Source: Demequinaceae bacterium
Lineage (GTDB): Bacteria > Actinomycetota > Actinomycetes > Actinomycetales > Demequinaceae
Direction: 5' to 3'
Length of the DNA: 32,000 nucleotides
Assembly: GCA_965250005.1 (NCBI GenBank)
Contig: OZ252279.1
Coordinates: forward strand, 360,001-392,000
The notes under the pieces were generated by a model. That model saw only the letters and a list, made by a program, of their open reading frames with translations, was not told where the DNA came from and searched no databases. Shown piece after piece: positions 18,185-26,779 of the stretch (positions are counted from its first letter, which is position 1; each line of letters starts with the position of its first letter). The position numbers were made by a program, and so were the translations under genes.

Positions 18185-19015
18185 CGGGCTAAACGAACGG
18201 CTCTGGACGGCGCTCCTCGCACTCCAGCGCCAGAACTGGGAACACGGAGTGGCGTCGCATGCCGCGATCGACACCGGTCGCCTTGACCTGGCGCGACTCC
18301 TCGGGAGCGATGCGATCACGCGCCAGGACGCTGACGGGATGCTTGGCGCGAACGGTGACCCTGAACTTGTGAGTTCCGGTGCGATTGGAGAGGCCGTCGC
18401 CCTGCTCGTTCTCGACGGAGATACCCAAGCGGCCGGGGCCCTTGGCCGTCAGCGGCAGCGGTTGCTCACGAGTTGCCCCCGGGGGGCGAACGGCGCGCTC
18501 CATCACCTTAGATCACCTTAGCGGCAAGCCAAAGGCGTGGGTCGGCACCATCTACATGGTGATCCCATTCCTCGTACTAGTGGGCGAGGGCGAGGCCGCT
18601 GCGCAGCAGTACACCGCCAACCCTGCGGTACTTCGCCATGGGGCCAACGCCTTGTGGGGGCACATGTATGACCTCGACAGCGACGCGTGGGTGCGAGAGG
18701 AACGGTGGGCGACTGGCAACGGCTGGGTGGTTGCGGGGCTGTCGCGCGCGCTCGGTCTGGATGCCGGCGCCCTTGCTCCCGAGGTGCGTACGCTTTGACA
18801 GGCGGACTCGGAGGCGATTCTCGAGTCAGCTCTCGACTTCGAGCGCTCCGATGGCCGGTTCCACGATGTCATGGAAGGCCCAACGACGTTCGTTGACGGG
18901 GCTGCCGGTCTCATGCTCGCGTACGGTGCATTCACCGGAGTAGCCGATGGCTGGTTGTCGTCCTCGTGGGCTGCGGCGGCCGAACGATGGATGGGCGACA
19001 CGACGGCTCCCCTAG
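18168..19015 (+). pseudogene. Disrupted glycoside hydrolase family 88/105-like gene (unsaturated glucuronyl/rhamnogalacturonyl hydrolase-like remnant)
   Basis: Three colinear pieces carry family-like motifs: NWEHGVASHAAIDTG; CPRGANGALHHL|SGKPKAWVGTIYMVIPFL; RWATGNGWVVAGLSRAL; FVDGAAGLMLAYGAF. They are interrupted by a 10-bp tandem duplication (18502-18521) that shifts the frame and by an in-frame TGA at 18796-18798. The summed length of about 277 aa is short for the family, and the 3' end is ill-defined where the next gene begins. Confidence 0.6.
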
Positions 19016-19024
19016 ACTGGTCGC

Positions 19025-19567
19025 ATGGGAGCCGTCTACGAAGGCGTCGGGGGGCACGTCCGAGAATTCATCGAGGCGCAGCACGTCTTTTTTGTCGCGA
19101 CGGCCGACCGCGAGGGTCTGGTCAACCTTTCGCCCAAGGGTGGCGCGGGCACGCTGGTGGTCCTCGACGCCCACACGGTGGCCTACCTCGACATGACAGG
19201 CAGCGGCGTGGAGACCATCGCACACGTCCAGGCGGCGCGACGCATCACCCTCATGTGGTGCGCCTTCGATGGTCCGCCGAACATCGTCCGCGTACATGGG
19301 ACTGCGACGGTTGTTCGGCCGGGGGACTCAGACTGGGAGCGGTTGGCTTTCGGCTTTCCCGACAAGGTCGGTGCGAGGTCGATCATCGTCGTCAACGCCG
19401 AGCGAGTCTCGGACGCGTGCGGTTTCGGTGTCCCGGAAATGGCGTTCGTCAGGGACCGCGAACAGATGGACAAATGGGTTGATGGCAAGGGACCCGCGGG
19501 AATCCTGGACTATCAGGCACATAGGAACGCGTCCAGCCTCGACGGACTTCCCGGCATTACGACGTAG
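19025..19567 (+). CDS. Pyridoxamine 5'-phosphate oxidase (PNPOx)-like FMN-binding family protein
   Basis: 180 aa. HVREFIEAQHVFFVATADREGLVNLSPKG...ITLMWCAF resembles the split-barrel PNPOx-like family. Confidence 0.65.
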   Translation: MGAVYEGVGGHVREFIEAQHVFFVATADREGLVNLSPKGGAGTLVVLDAHTVAYLDMTGSGVETIAHVQAARRITLMWCAFDGPPNIVRVHGTATVVRPGDSDWERLAFGFPDKVGARSIIVVNAERVSDACGFGVPEMAFVRDREQMDKWVDGKGPAGILDYQAHRNASSLDGLPGITT

Positions 19568-19585
19568 ACGCCGTGCGGCCGTGGG

Positions 19586-20221
19586 CTACTGGCGCTCGAG
19601 CACCCGCAGTACGGCATCAAGGCGCGTCGAGTTCACTGCGACGTCGGCCTGCTGCTGAACCACGGGCTTCGCATTGAACGCGATTCCCAGGCCGGCGGCG
19701 GCCATCATGTCAAGATCGTTTGCGCCGTCGCCAACGGCGATGGTGTTCTCGATGGGGATATCAGCGGCCGCCGCGAACTCTCTGAGTGCGGTCGCCTTGG
19801 CGGCGCGATCGATGACTGGACCTACCGTCCGCCCGGTGAGCACGCCTTTGACGATCTCCAGCGTGTTCGCGCGGAAGCGCTCGATGCCGAGCGACGCGGC
19901 AATCGGGCCGACGATTTCCACGAATCCGCCGCTCAAGAGAGCGCATATCCATCCCTCGCCGTGGAGCGTCTCCACCAGGTTCTGGGCTCCCGGCGTCAGG
20001 CGGACCTCGGCGGCTACCTCGTCGATCACCGTCGCGGGCAGTCCAGCGAGCAGAGCAACGCGCGCCTCGAGCGTGGTTCCGAAGTCGGCGGAACCCTGCA
20101 TGGCCGCGTCGGTCAAAGCGGCGACCTCCGGGAGCACGCCAGCGCGCTGGGCGAGAAGCTCGATCACTTCTGACGTGATGAGCGTGGAATCGACGTCGAG
20201 GGCGGCTAACCGCCCGGTCAT
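19586..20221 (-). CDS. serB: Phosphoserine phosphatase SerB (HAD superfamily, short form without ACT domains)
   Basis: HAD motif [10 protein letters not shown], motif II LLSGGF and motif [27 protein letters not shown]. Confidence 0.85.
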   Translation of the reverse strand: MTGRLAALDVDSTLITSEVIELLAQRAGVLPEVAALTDAAMQGSADFGTTLEARVALLAGLPATVIDEVAAEVRLTPGAQNLVETLHGEGWICALLSGGFVEIVGPIAASLGIERFRANTLEIVKGVLTGRTVGPVIDRAAKATALREFAAAADIPIENTIAVGDGANDLDMMAAAGLGIAFNAKPVVQQQADVAVNSTRLDAVLRVLERQ

Positions 20222-21459
20222 GCCTCGATGACCGTGCCTTTGGCTACAACCGTGATGCCGGACTCGGTGATGGTGAATCCGCGCGCGCGGTCGGCCTCGA
20301 CCTCGACGCCGACTTCGGCGCCTTCGGCGAGCACGACATTCTTGTCAAGAATGGCGCGCCGCACCTTGGCGTGACGGTTGACAAGCACGTCGTCCATCAG
20401 GATCGAGTCCGTGACGGAGGACCACGAGTGCAGGCGAACGCCGGGCGCGAGGACCGAGCCAGTGACGGTTGCTCCCGAGACGATCACGCCCGGAGAGACC
20501 ACGGAGTCTGCTGCGTGCCCGAGGCGCCCTTCGGCGGAGTGCACAAACTTGGCTGGCGGCTGGGTGATGAGACCCTGGTGAAGCGGCCATTGGTGGTTGT
20601 ACACGTTGAAGATGGGTTCGACAGCGATGAGATCCATGTGAGCGTCGAAATACGAATCGATGGTTCCCACATCGCGCCAGTACGCGCGGTCGCGGTCGGT
20701 TGAGCCGGGGACCACGTTGTCCTTGAAGTCGTAGAAGCCACACGCGCCCTTGTCCACAAAGTAGGGAACGATGTCGCCACCCATGTCGTGCTTGCTCGCG
20801 TCGTTTGAGGCGTCTTTGGCCAGGGCGTCGAGGAGCGCGTCGGCGCTGGCGACGTAGTTTCCCATGGACGCCAGCACCTCGTCGGGGCTGTCGGGCAGCC
20901 CGGACGGATCTGCGGGCTTTTCGAGGAAAGCCTTGATTCGATCAGGATTGGCGGCGTCGACGTCGATGACGCCAAATTCGGATGCCATCGACTTGGGCTG
21001 GCGGATGCCTGCGACAGAGAATTCGGCGCCTGACGATATGTGCTTGTCAATCATCTGAGAGAAGTCCATGCGATAGACGTGGTCCGCGCCCACGATGATG
21101 ACGATGTCCGGCCGTTCGTCGTCGATGATGTTCTGGCACTGAAAGATCGCGTCCGCGCTGCCCAGGTACCAGTGTTTGCCAAGCCGCTGTTGCGCGGGCA
21201 CCGGCGCCACATAGTTGCCGAGCAGCGGCGACATGCGCCAGGTGCGCGCAATGTGACGGTCAAGCGAGTGCGACTTGTACTGGGTGAGCACCACCATGTG
21301 CAGATAGCCAGAGTTCGCGAGGTTCGACAGCGCGAAGTCCACGAGCCTGTACGTGCCGCCAAACGGCACTGCAGGCTTGGCGCGGGCGTCGGTGAGCGGC
21401 ATGAGCCGCTTGCCCTCACCGCCTGCAAGGACGATCGCGAGGACTTTGGGTGTGGGCAT
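20218..21459 (-). CDS. glgC: Glucose-1-phosphate adenylyltransferase
   Basis: [41 protein letters not shown]..., 413 aa. The stop overlaps the serB start (ATGA). Confidence 0.95.
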   Translation of the reverse strand: MPTPKVLAIVLAGGEGKRLMPLTDARAKPAVPFGGTYRLVDFALSNLANSGYLHMVVLTQYKSHSLDRHIARTWRMSPLLGNYVAPVPAQQRLGKHWYLGSADAIFQCQNIIDDERPDIVIIVGADHVYRMDFSQMIDKHISSGAEFSVAGIRQPKSMASEFGVIDVDAANPDRIKAFLEKPADPSGLPDSPDEVLASMGNYVASADALLDALAKDASNDASKHDMGGDIVPYFVDKGACGFYDFKDNVVPGSTDRDRAYWRDVGTIDSYFDAHMDLIAVEPIFNVYNHQWPLHQGLITQPPAKFVHSAEGRLGHAADSVVSPGVIVSGATVTGSVLAPGVRLHSWSSVTDSILMDDVLVNRHAKVRRAILDKNVVLAEGAEVGVEVEADRARGFTITESGITVVAKGTVIEA

Positions 21460-21540
21460 AAAGCCAGCCTACTGGAGTCCGCAACGCACAAGCCGGAAGA
21501 TCGGACCTCTCTGGTCATCTGTCGCGATAGCGTGGACCTC

Positions 21541-22746
21541 ATGCGCGCAGACCTGCTGACCCGTGAATATCCACCCCACGTCTATGGCGGCGCAGGTGTC
21601 CACGTCGACGAGCTTGCCAGGGTTCTTCGCGAGCGGATCGACGTGCGAGTGCGGTGCTTTGACGGTCCGCGCGACGCGGCTGGGGTCACAGGGTACGACG
21701 CGGGGGTGGCCGCCACAGGCGATGCTGCCTTGGACGTGATATCGACGAACATCCCGATGGCTAGCGACTGCGCGGGGGCGGATCTGGTGCACTCGCACAC
21801 GTGGTACGCGAACATGGCGGGCCACTTGGCTTCACTCCAGCATGGCGTCCCGCACATCATGAGCGCCCACTCGCTCGAGCCGATGCGGCCGTGGAAGGCC
21901 GAACAGTTGGGCGGCGGGTACAAGATTTCCTCGTGGATCGAGAAGACGGCGTACGAGGCCGCGGCGGGAATCATCGCGGTTAGTGCAGGAATGCGGGAGG
22001 ACGTGCTGCGTTCCTACCCGGACGTGGACCCTGCGCGCGTGCGAGTGGTGCACAACGGCATCGACATCGAGGGCTGGGCGGCGCCGAGTGATGACGCGCG
22101 AGCCCTCGCTGATGCCACCGTCAAGTCCTACGGGATTGATCCCGAGCGCCCCGCTATCGTGTTCGTGGGTCGCATCACGCGACAGAAAGGCTTGCCGTAC
22201 TTCTTGCAGGCGGTCGAGCAACTTCCCGGCGACGTGCAAGTGGTTCTGTGCGCGGGGGCCCCGGATACCGACGAGATCGCCGCGGAGGTCTCCGGCGCGG
22301 TAGCGGCACTGCAGAAGCGTCGCGACGGAATCGTCTGGATCGACAAGATGCTGCCGCGCGCTGAATTGGTTGCCGTGCTGGACGCGTGCACCACGTTTGT
22401 GTGCCCGTCGGTTTACGAGCCGCTCGGCATCGTCAACCTCGAGGCTATGGCGGTTGGTCTTCCCGTAGTGGCCACCGCGACAGGTGGGATTCCGGAAGTC
22501 GTGGACGACGGCGTGACCGGATCGCTGGTCGCGATCGATCAGGCCAAGGACGGCACGGGGACGCCGCTGAACCCCGAGGCGTTCGTCGCGGATCTCGCGG
22601 GCGCGCTGACCGACATGGTCGCGGATCCTGACGCCGCACGCTCGATGGGAGCGGCGGGCCGCGAGCGGGCGCGCGACCACTTCTCGTGGGGCGCGATAGC
22701 GGATCAGACGGTTGCCGTCTACGACGCTGTGCTGGTGTCGTCGTAG
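21541..22746 (+). CDS. glgA: Glycogen synthase (actinobacterial GT4-type GlgA)
   Basis: MRADLLTREYPPHVYGGAGVHVDEL..., with a GT-B C-terminal EPLGIVNLEAMAVGLPVVATATGGIPEVV. It is divergent from glgC. The ORF-track start at 21040 runs antisense through glgC and is rejected; the GTG at 21532 is an alternative. Confidence 0.9.
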   Translation: MRADLLTREYPPHVYGGAGVHVDELARVLRERIDVRVRCFDGPRDAAGVTGYDAGVAATGDAALDVISTNIPMASDCAGADLVHSHTWYANMAGHLASLQHGVPHIMSAHSLEPMRPWKAEQLGGGYKISSWIEKTAYEAAAGIIAVSAGMREDVLRSYPDVDPARVRVVHNGIDIEGWAAPSDDARALADATVKSYGIDPERPAIVFVGRITRQKGLPYFLQAVEQLPGDVQVVLCAGAPDTDEIAAEVSGAVAALQKRRDGIVWIDKMLPRAELVAVLDACTTFVCPSVYEPLGIVNLEAMAVGLPVVATATGGIPEVVDDGVTGSLVAIDQAKDGTGTPLNPEAFVADLAGALTDMVADPDAARSMGAAGRERARDHFSWGAIADQTVAVYDAVLVSS

Positions 22747-22785
22747 CCGCATGAGGCGCGTCGGCGAGCGGCTAGGCTCGGTCCT

Positions 22786-23577
22786 ATGACAGAAGTGTTG
22801 CGTGTAGCGGGGGCGTCGCTACAGCGGGGAGACAACCTCGTCCTGCGCGAGGTCGACTGGACCGTCAACGCTGGCGAGCGCTGGGTTGTGCTTGGGCCCA
22901 ACGGTGCAGGCAAGACCACGCTGCTGACCTTGGTTTCCGCGCGGCTCAATGCGTCGTCGGGCACCGTCGCGATCCTTGGCGAAACGGTTGGCGATTCCAA
23001 CGTGCTTGAGTTGCGCAGCCGGGTCGGCCTATCTTCGGACGCGCTCGCCGCGCGGATCGCCAGCGAAGAGCTCGTGCGGGACGTCGTCTTGACGGCCGCC
23101 CACGGCACCACCTCGCGGCAGCAAGAGCCCTATGAACATGCGGACCTTGAGCGCGCAGGCGACCTGCTTGCCGCATTCGGCATCCAGGACTTCGCCGCGC
23201 GCGAGTTTGGCACGCTCAGCGAGGGCGAGCGCAAGCGAGTTCAGCTTGCGCGCTCCCTGATGACCGATCCGGAGCTCCTTCTGCTGGATGAGCCAGGAGC
23301 GGGACTGGACCTTGCTGGCCGCGAGGAGCTGATCGAGGCACTGACCGAGCTCGCGGGCGATCCGGAGGCTCCGGTCATGATTCTTGTCACTCATCACGTC
23401 GAGGAAATTCCGCGCGGGTTTACGCACGCTCTGTTGATGCGAGACGGTGCCGTCGCTGCGGCTGGACCGCTCGTGGAGGTGCTGAACGAGCGCAATCTTG
23501 CGGCCATTTACGGAGTGTCGCTGACGCTGGACCACAGCGACGGCCGTTGGACGGCGCGAAAGGCGCGGAAGCCATAG
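22786..23577 (+). CDS. Stand-alone ABC ATP-binding protein (single NBD, no adjacent permease)
   Basis: Walker A GPNGAGKTT, signature LSEGERKR and Walker B LLLLDEPGAGLD; 263 aa. No membrane component is encoded next to it. Confidence 0.8.
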   Translation: MTEVLRVAGASLQRGDNLVLREVDWTVNAGERWVVLGPNGAGKTTLLTLVSARLNASSGTVAILGETVGDSNVLELRSRVGLSSDALAARIASEELVRDVVLTAAHGTTSRQQEPYEHADLERAGDLLAAFGIQDFAAREFGTLSEGERKRVQLARSLMTDPELLLLDEPGAGLDLAGREELIEALTELAGDPEAPVMILVTHHVEEIPRGFTHALLMRDGAVAAAGPLVEVLNERNLAAIYGVSLTLDHSDGRWTARKARKP

Positions 23578-23613
23578 GATGAGGCAGGCCCTGCATTAAC
23601 TAGGAGGTTGCAC

Positions 23614-24042
23614 ATGCAGTCGATGTGGTGGTTCGTTGTTGCGCTGATCCTGGGTGTGGCAGAGATCTTCACGCTGGACCTAACGCTGTTGATGCTCGCC
23701 GGTGGTGCGCTCGCGGGTGGGGGTGCAGCCCTCATGGGGGCGGAAGTTGGGCTGGCGGCAGTCGTCGCGCTCGTGGTCTCCGGACTGCTGTTGTTCGCGC
23801 TGCGTCCGTTTTTGCTGCGCTCGCTACTCGCGCGCCGGCCTCTTGAGGAGACCAACGCCGCGGCACTCGTGGGCAAGGAAGCGAAGACCCTCACCAAGAT
23901 TACGGAAGACAAGGGCCGCATCAAACTCTCCGGAGAAGTCTGGAGCGCACGCACCGAAAACGACGCGGAAGAGCTCGCCGAAGGCGTAGAAGTTGTGGTG
24001 CTCAAGATTGCGGGCGCTAACGCGATTGTCGCCGCAAAGTAG
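23614..24042 (+). CDS. NfeD-family membrane protein (C-terminal OB-fold)
   Basis: Three hydrophobic helices, then GKEAKTLTKITEDKGRIKLSGEVWSARTE...VEVVVLKIAGANAIV, typical of the short NfeD partner of SPFH proteins. An AGGAGG SD lies 6 nt upstream of the ATG at 23614. Confidence 0.8.
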   Translation: MQSMWWFVVALILGVAEIFTLDLTLLMLAGGALAGGGAALMGAEVGLAAVVALVVSGLLLFALRPFLLRSLLARRPLEETNAAALVGKEAKTLTKITEDKGRIKLSGEVWSARTENDAEELAEGVEVVVLKIAGANAIVAAK

Positions 24043-24106
24043 TTGCGCGCGCCAAGGTTTCCCTGCATCCAAAAAGACCAGAAGTACCTAACTAGGGGAG
24101 TAGGAC

Positions 24107-25168
24107 ATGGATAACTTCGTTCAAATTGCCGTGATTGCGGTCGCGGGAATCTTCGTGATCAGCACCATCGCGCGAGCCATCAAGATCGTGCCGCAGGCGT
24201 CGGCGTTTATTGTTGAGCGCCTTGGTCGGTACGACCGAACCATGCGTGCGGGTCTGCACCTCGTGGTGCCGTTCATCGATAAGGTTCGCGCGGGCGTTGA
24301 CCTTCGCGAACAGGTCGTGTCATTCCCGCCGCAGTCGGTGATTACGTCAGACAACCTGGTGGTGGAGATCGACACGGTCATCTACTTCCAGGTGACGGAG
24401 CCTAAGTCCGCCGTGTACGAGATCGCGAACTACATCAATGGAGTCGAGCAACTTACGGTGACCACGCTTCGTAACGTGGTCGGAACTATGGACCTTGAAC
24501 AGACGCTGACGTCGCGCGACCAGATCAACGGGCAGCTGCGCGGCGTGCTTGACGAGGCGACCGGCAAGTGGGGCCTACGCGTCAACCGCGTCGAGCTCAA
24601 GACCATCGAACCGCCCGTGTCCATCAAGGACTCGATGGAGAAGCAGATGCGCGCTGAGCGGGACCGTCGAGCGACCATCCTCCACGCTGAGGGAGTCAAG
24701 CAGTCCGCGATCCTCACTGCCGAAGGTAACAAGCAGTCCGCGATCCTCACAGCAGAGGGTCAGGCGCAGTCCGCCATCCTCCGCGCTGAGGGTGAAGCCA
24801 GCGCCATTCTGCAGGTGTTCGATGCTATCCACGAGGGCGACGCCGATAGCAAGCTGCTCGCGTATCAGTACCTGCAGATGCTGCCGGAGATCGCCAACAG
24901 CAAGTCGAGCAAGGTGTGGTTCGTTCCCACCGAGTTCACGGGCGCGCTCAAGGCAATCTCCGCCGGCTTTGGCCAGGTCGAAGACCCGAAGGTGCTAAAG
25001 AAGGCGCCTGCTCGCAAATCCACGACCAAGCGTACGTCGGCTCTGGGTGACCCGGCGAAGGCTCTTGCGGCAGCTAAGGCCGAAGTCGAATTGGCCACTA
25101 AGGACGCTACGGGAGCGGGATCGGCGAGTGGGCAAATACTCGACCCGGAGGTCGAGAAGGGCCAGTAG
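24107..25168 (+). CDS. SPFH/band-7 (stomatin-like) membrane protein
   Basis: N-terminal TM, an SPFH core (IVPQASAFIVERLGRYDRTMRAGLHLVVPFIDKV...) and a C-terminal coiled-coil with 11-aa repeats. Confidence 0.9.
   Translation: MDNFVQIAVIAVAGIFVISTIARAIKIVPQASAFIVERLGRYDRTMRAGLHLVVPFIDKVRAGVDLREQVVSFPPQSVITSDNLVVEIDTVIYFQVTEPKSAVYEIANYINGVEQLTVTTLRNVVGTMDLEQTLTSRDQINGQLRGVLDEATGKWGLRVNRVELKTIEPPVSIKDSMEKQMRAERDRRATILHAEGVKQSAILTAEGNKQSAILTAEGQAQSAILRAEGEASAILQVFDAIHEGDADSKLLAYQYLQMLPEIANSKSSKVWFVPTEFTGALKAISAGFGQVEDPKVLKKAPARKSTTKRTSALGDPAKALAAAKAEVELATKDATGAGSASGQILDPEVEKGQ
24671..24802 (+). repeat. About four tandem 33-bp units encoding the xKQSAILTAEG coiled-coil repeat of the SPFH protein
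   Basis: Read directly: tccgcgatcctcac... units start at 24704 and 24737, with diverged flanking copies at 24671 and 24770. Protein: ATILHAEGVKQSAILTAEGNKQSAILTAEGQAQSAILRAEGEASAIL. Confidence 0.8.
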
Positions 25169-25186
25169 TGCGACATGTCACCTTGG

Positions 25187-25220
25187 CGATGCCCCGGACC
25201 CGATTGGGTGTGGGGCATCG
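25187..25220 (+). terminator. Candidate intrinsic terminator after the NfeD-SPFH operon
   Basis: CGATGCCCC (25187-25195) pairs with GGGGCATCG (25212-25220) as a 9-bp perfect stem around a 16-nt loop. It is followed by TTTCGTT and starts 19 nt after the SPFH stop. Confidence 0.5.
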
Positions 25221-25238
25221 TTTCGTTCGGGAGGCCTT

Positions 25239-25715
25239 GTGATCGTTCCAAGCCCGCGGGTGTTGGCCCACGCAGTTGCCGGGTCACAATCGCTCTTCGC
25301 GCGCCTCTACGGGGTTAAGTGGCATGCCCAGATGCTGCACTCCTGGGTAAAAGGCTTGGGTCTGCGCGAGTCTGCGCGCATAGTCGAGGTCGGGACCGCC
25401 GGAAGTGACTTGGCCGCTTGGCTCATGGACAGTGGGCGCGAGCCAAGCGGCGTGGACCTGTCGTCGGGCGCGGTCGCTGCCGCGACGAAGCGATTTCCAC
25501 AGGCGAGTTACGTCGTTGCGGACGCCCTGGACCTGCCCTTCGACACCGACGGGGCGGATGCCGTTTTGGGCGCCTCACTCATCAATTTGGTGCCTGATCG
25601 GGTGGCCGCGTTCGCGGAGTTCGTCCGCGCTACGGTTGCTGGACTCGCCAACGTGAAGATGGGAACGGAACTGGGTGGAATGGCCGCGACGGTGACAGGT
25701 ACCGTGGCGACGTGA
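25239..25715 (+). CDS. Short, degenerate class I SAM-methyltransferase-like ORF (possibly a gene remnant)
   Basis: Motif-I-like IVEVGTAGSD (the Gly loop is degenerate), post-I GVDLS, and motif II/III-like VVADALDLPFDTDGADAVLGASLINLV. It ends only about 45 aa later. The GTG at 25239 follows a GGGAGG SD, and the stop overlaps the next gene's GTG (GTGA). Confidence 0.45.
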   Translation: MIVPSPRVLAHAVAGSQSLFARLYGVKWHAQMLHSWVKGLGLRESARIVEVGTAGSDLAAWLMDSGREPSGVDLSSGAVAAATKRFPQASYVVADALDLPFDTDGADAVLGASLINLVPDRVAAFAEFVRATVAGLANVKMGTELGGMAATVTGTVAT

Positions 25716-26512
25716 CCATCGAACGCATCAGTGATGCGAGCCACCCGGCGCTCGAGGACTTTCAGCGCCTGACTGATGTGGTGCTGCGCAGCAAGTTCGA
25801 GCCTGAGCGCGGACTGTACATCGCCGAGGGTGCCAAGGTGATCGGGCGTGCCATCGAGGTGGGGCACGAACCACGCTCGTTCCTGGTATCCGAGAAGCGT
25901 CTTAGGACGCTCGCCGACGCGACTGGGGCTTGGCCAGAGGTTCCTGTCCTAGTGGGCTCAGAGGGGCTTCTGGAGGCCATCTCTGGCTTCCACGTGCATC
26001 GCGGGGCACTCGCGGCCATGCACCGGCCCCAGCCCCCGGCAGTCGGGGAGTTGCTCGCGGGCGCACGCCGGATCGCCGTCATCGAGGACGTCATGAACCA
26101 CACGAACATCGGCGCAATCTTTCGCTCGGCCGCGGCGATGGGCGTCGACGCGGTCCTCATCAGCCCGAGCTGCGCGGACCCGCTCTACCGGCGCAGCGTT
26201 CGCGTCTCGATGGGTACCGTCTTCCAGGTGCCGTGGGCGCGGCTCGACGCTTGGCCGGGAGGTCTGGCGGAACTCAGATCCGCTGGCTTCACCATCGCGG
26301 CTCTCGCTCTGACGGACGATGCCGTGGACCTGGACGCAATTGAGTCAGCGCCGCCGGACAAGCTCGCGTGGCTGCTCGGGACCGAGGGCGACGGGCTGAC
26401 GTCGGGCGCCTTGCGGGACGCCGACCTCACGGTGAAGATCCCGATGGCGGATGGCGTCGACTCGCTGAACGTGGCCGCGGCCAGCGCCGTCGCGTTCTGG
26501 GCTAGTCGCTGA
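25712..26512 (+). CDS. TrmH/SpoU-family RNA 2'-O-methyltransferase
   Basis: N-terminal substrate-binding domain (LYIAEGAKVIGRAIEVG), then SPOUT motifs (IEDVMNHTNIGAIFRSAAAMGVDAVLI, LLGTEGDGL, IPMADGVDSLNVAAASAVA). Confidence 0.85.
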   Translation: MTIERISDASHPALEDFQRLTDVVLRSKFEPERGLYIAEGAKVIGRAIEVGHEPRSFLVSEKRLRTLADATGAWPEVPVLVGSEGLLEAISGFHVHRGALAAMHRPQPPAVGELLAGARRIAVIEDVMNHTNIGAIFRSAAAMGVDAVLISPSCADPLYRRSVRVSMGTVFQVPWARLDAWPGGLAELRSAGFTIAALALTDDAVDLDAIESAPPDKLAWLLGTEGDGLTSGALRDADLTVKIPMADGVDSLNVAAASAVAFWASR

Positions 26513-26729
26513 GCCTGAACTAAGGGCTGTCGGCTCCAAGAGGCATCTGGGCGCGCGCGGCTGCATCGGTGTTTTTGGGGCCGGGCGCGAGCCCTGAGGG
26601 TCGCAGGGTGTGGCCTCTGTCGGTGACGAACGAGGCGTTCACGTAGTTGTTGTGGGCGAGCCCTAGTGCGGCGCGGACGCCAGGTGCGCGATTTTTCATG
26701 GTGGCGGGCGTCGGCCCCACGTGAGAGAA

Positions 26730-26745
26730 TCGAACATACGTTCGA
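26730..26745. promoter_or_regulatory. Perfect actinobacterial LexA SOS box, TCGAAC-ATAC-GTTCGA
   Basis: Read directly at 26730-26745, 35 nt upstream of the imuA' ATG. It matches the TCGAAC-N4-GTTCGA consensus at 12 of 12 positions and contains a TANNNT -10-like hexamer (TACGTT) on the plus strand. Confidence 0.85.
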
Positions 26746-26779
26746 ATACTCGACATGAGTCCCAACCGCAAGGGAAGCC

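Noticed and set aside
21040-21540. N-terminal 167-aa extension of the glgA ORF in the track
   Set aside because: The extension runs antisense through the 5' part of glgC and the divergent promoter. GlgA homology begins at MRADLLTREYPPHVYGG, at 21541.
26618-26639. TGTCGGTG, resembling the -35-like half of the mycobacterial RecA-independent (PafBC) damage promoter motif, upstream of imuA'
   Set aside because: The motif requires TANNNT 8 nt downstream, but the sequence there is GGCGTT. It is also about 160 nt from the imuA' start. It is not supportable as a promoter without data.
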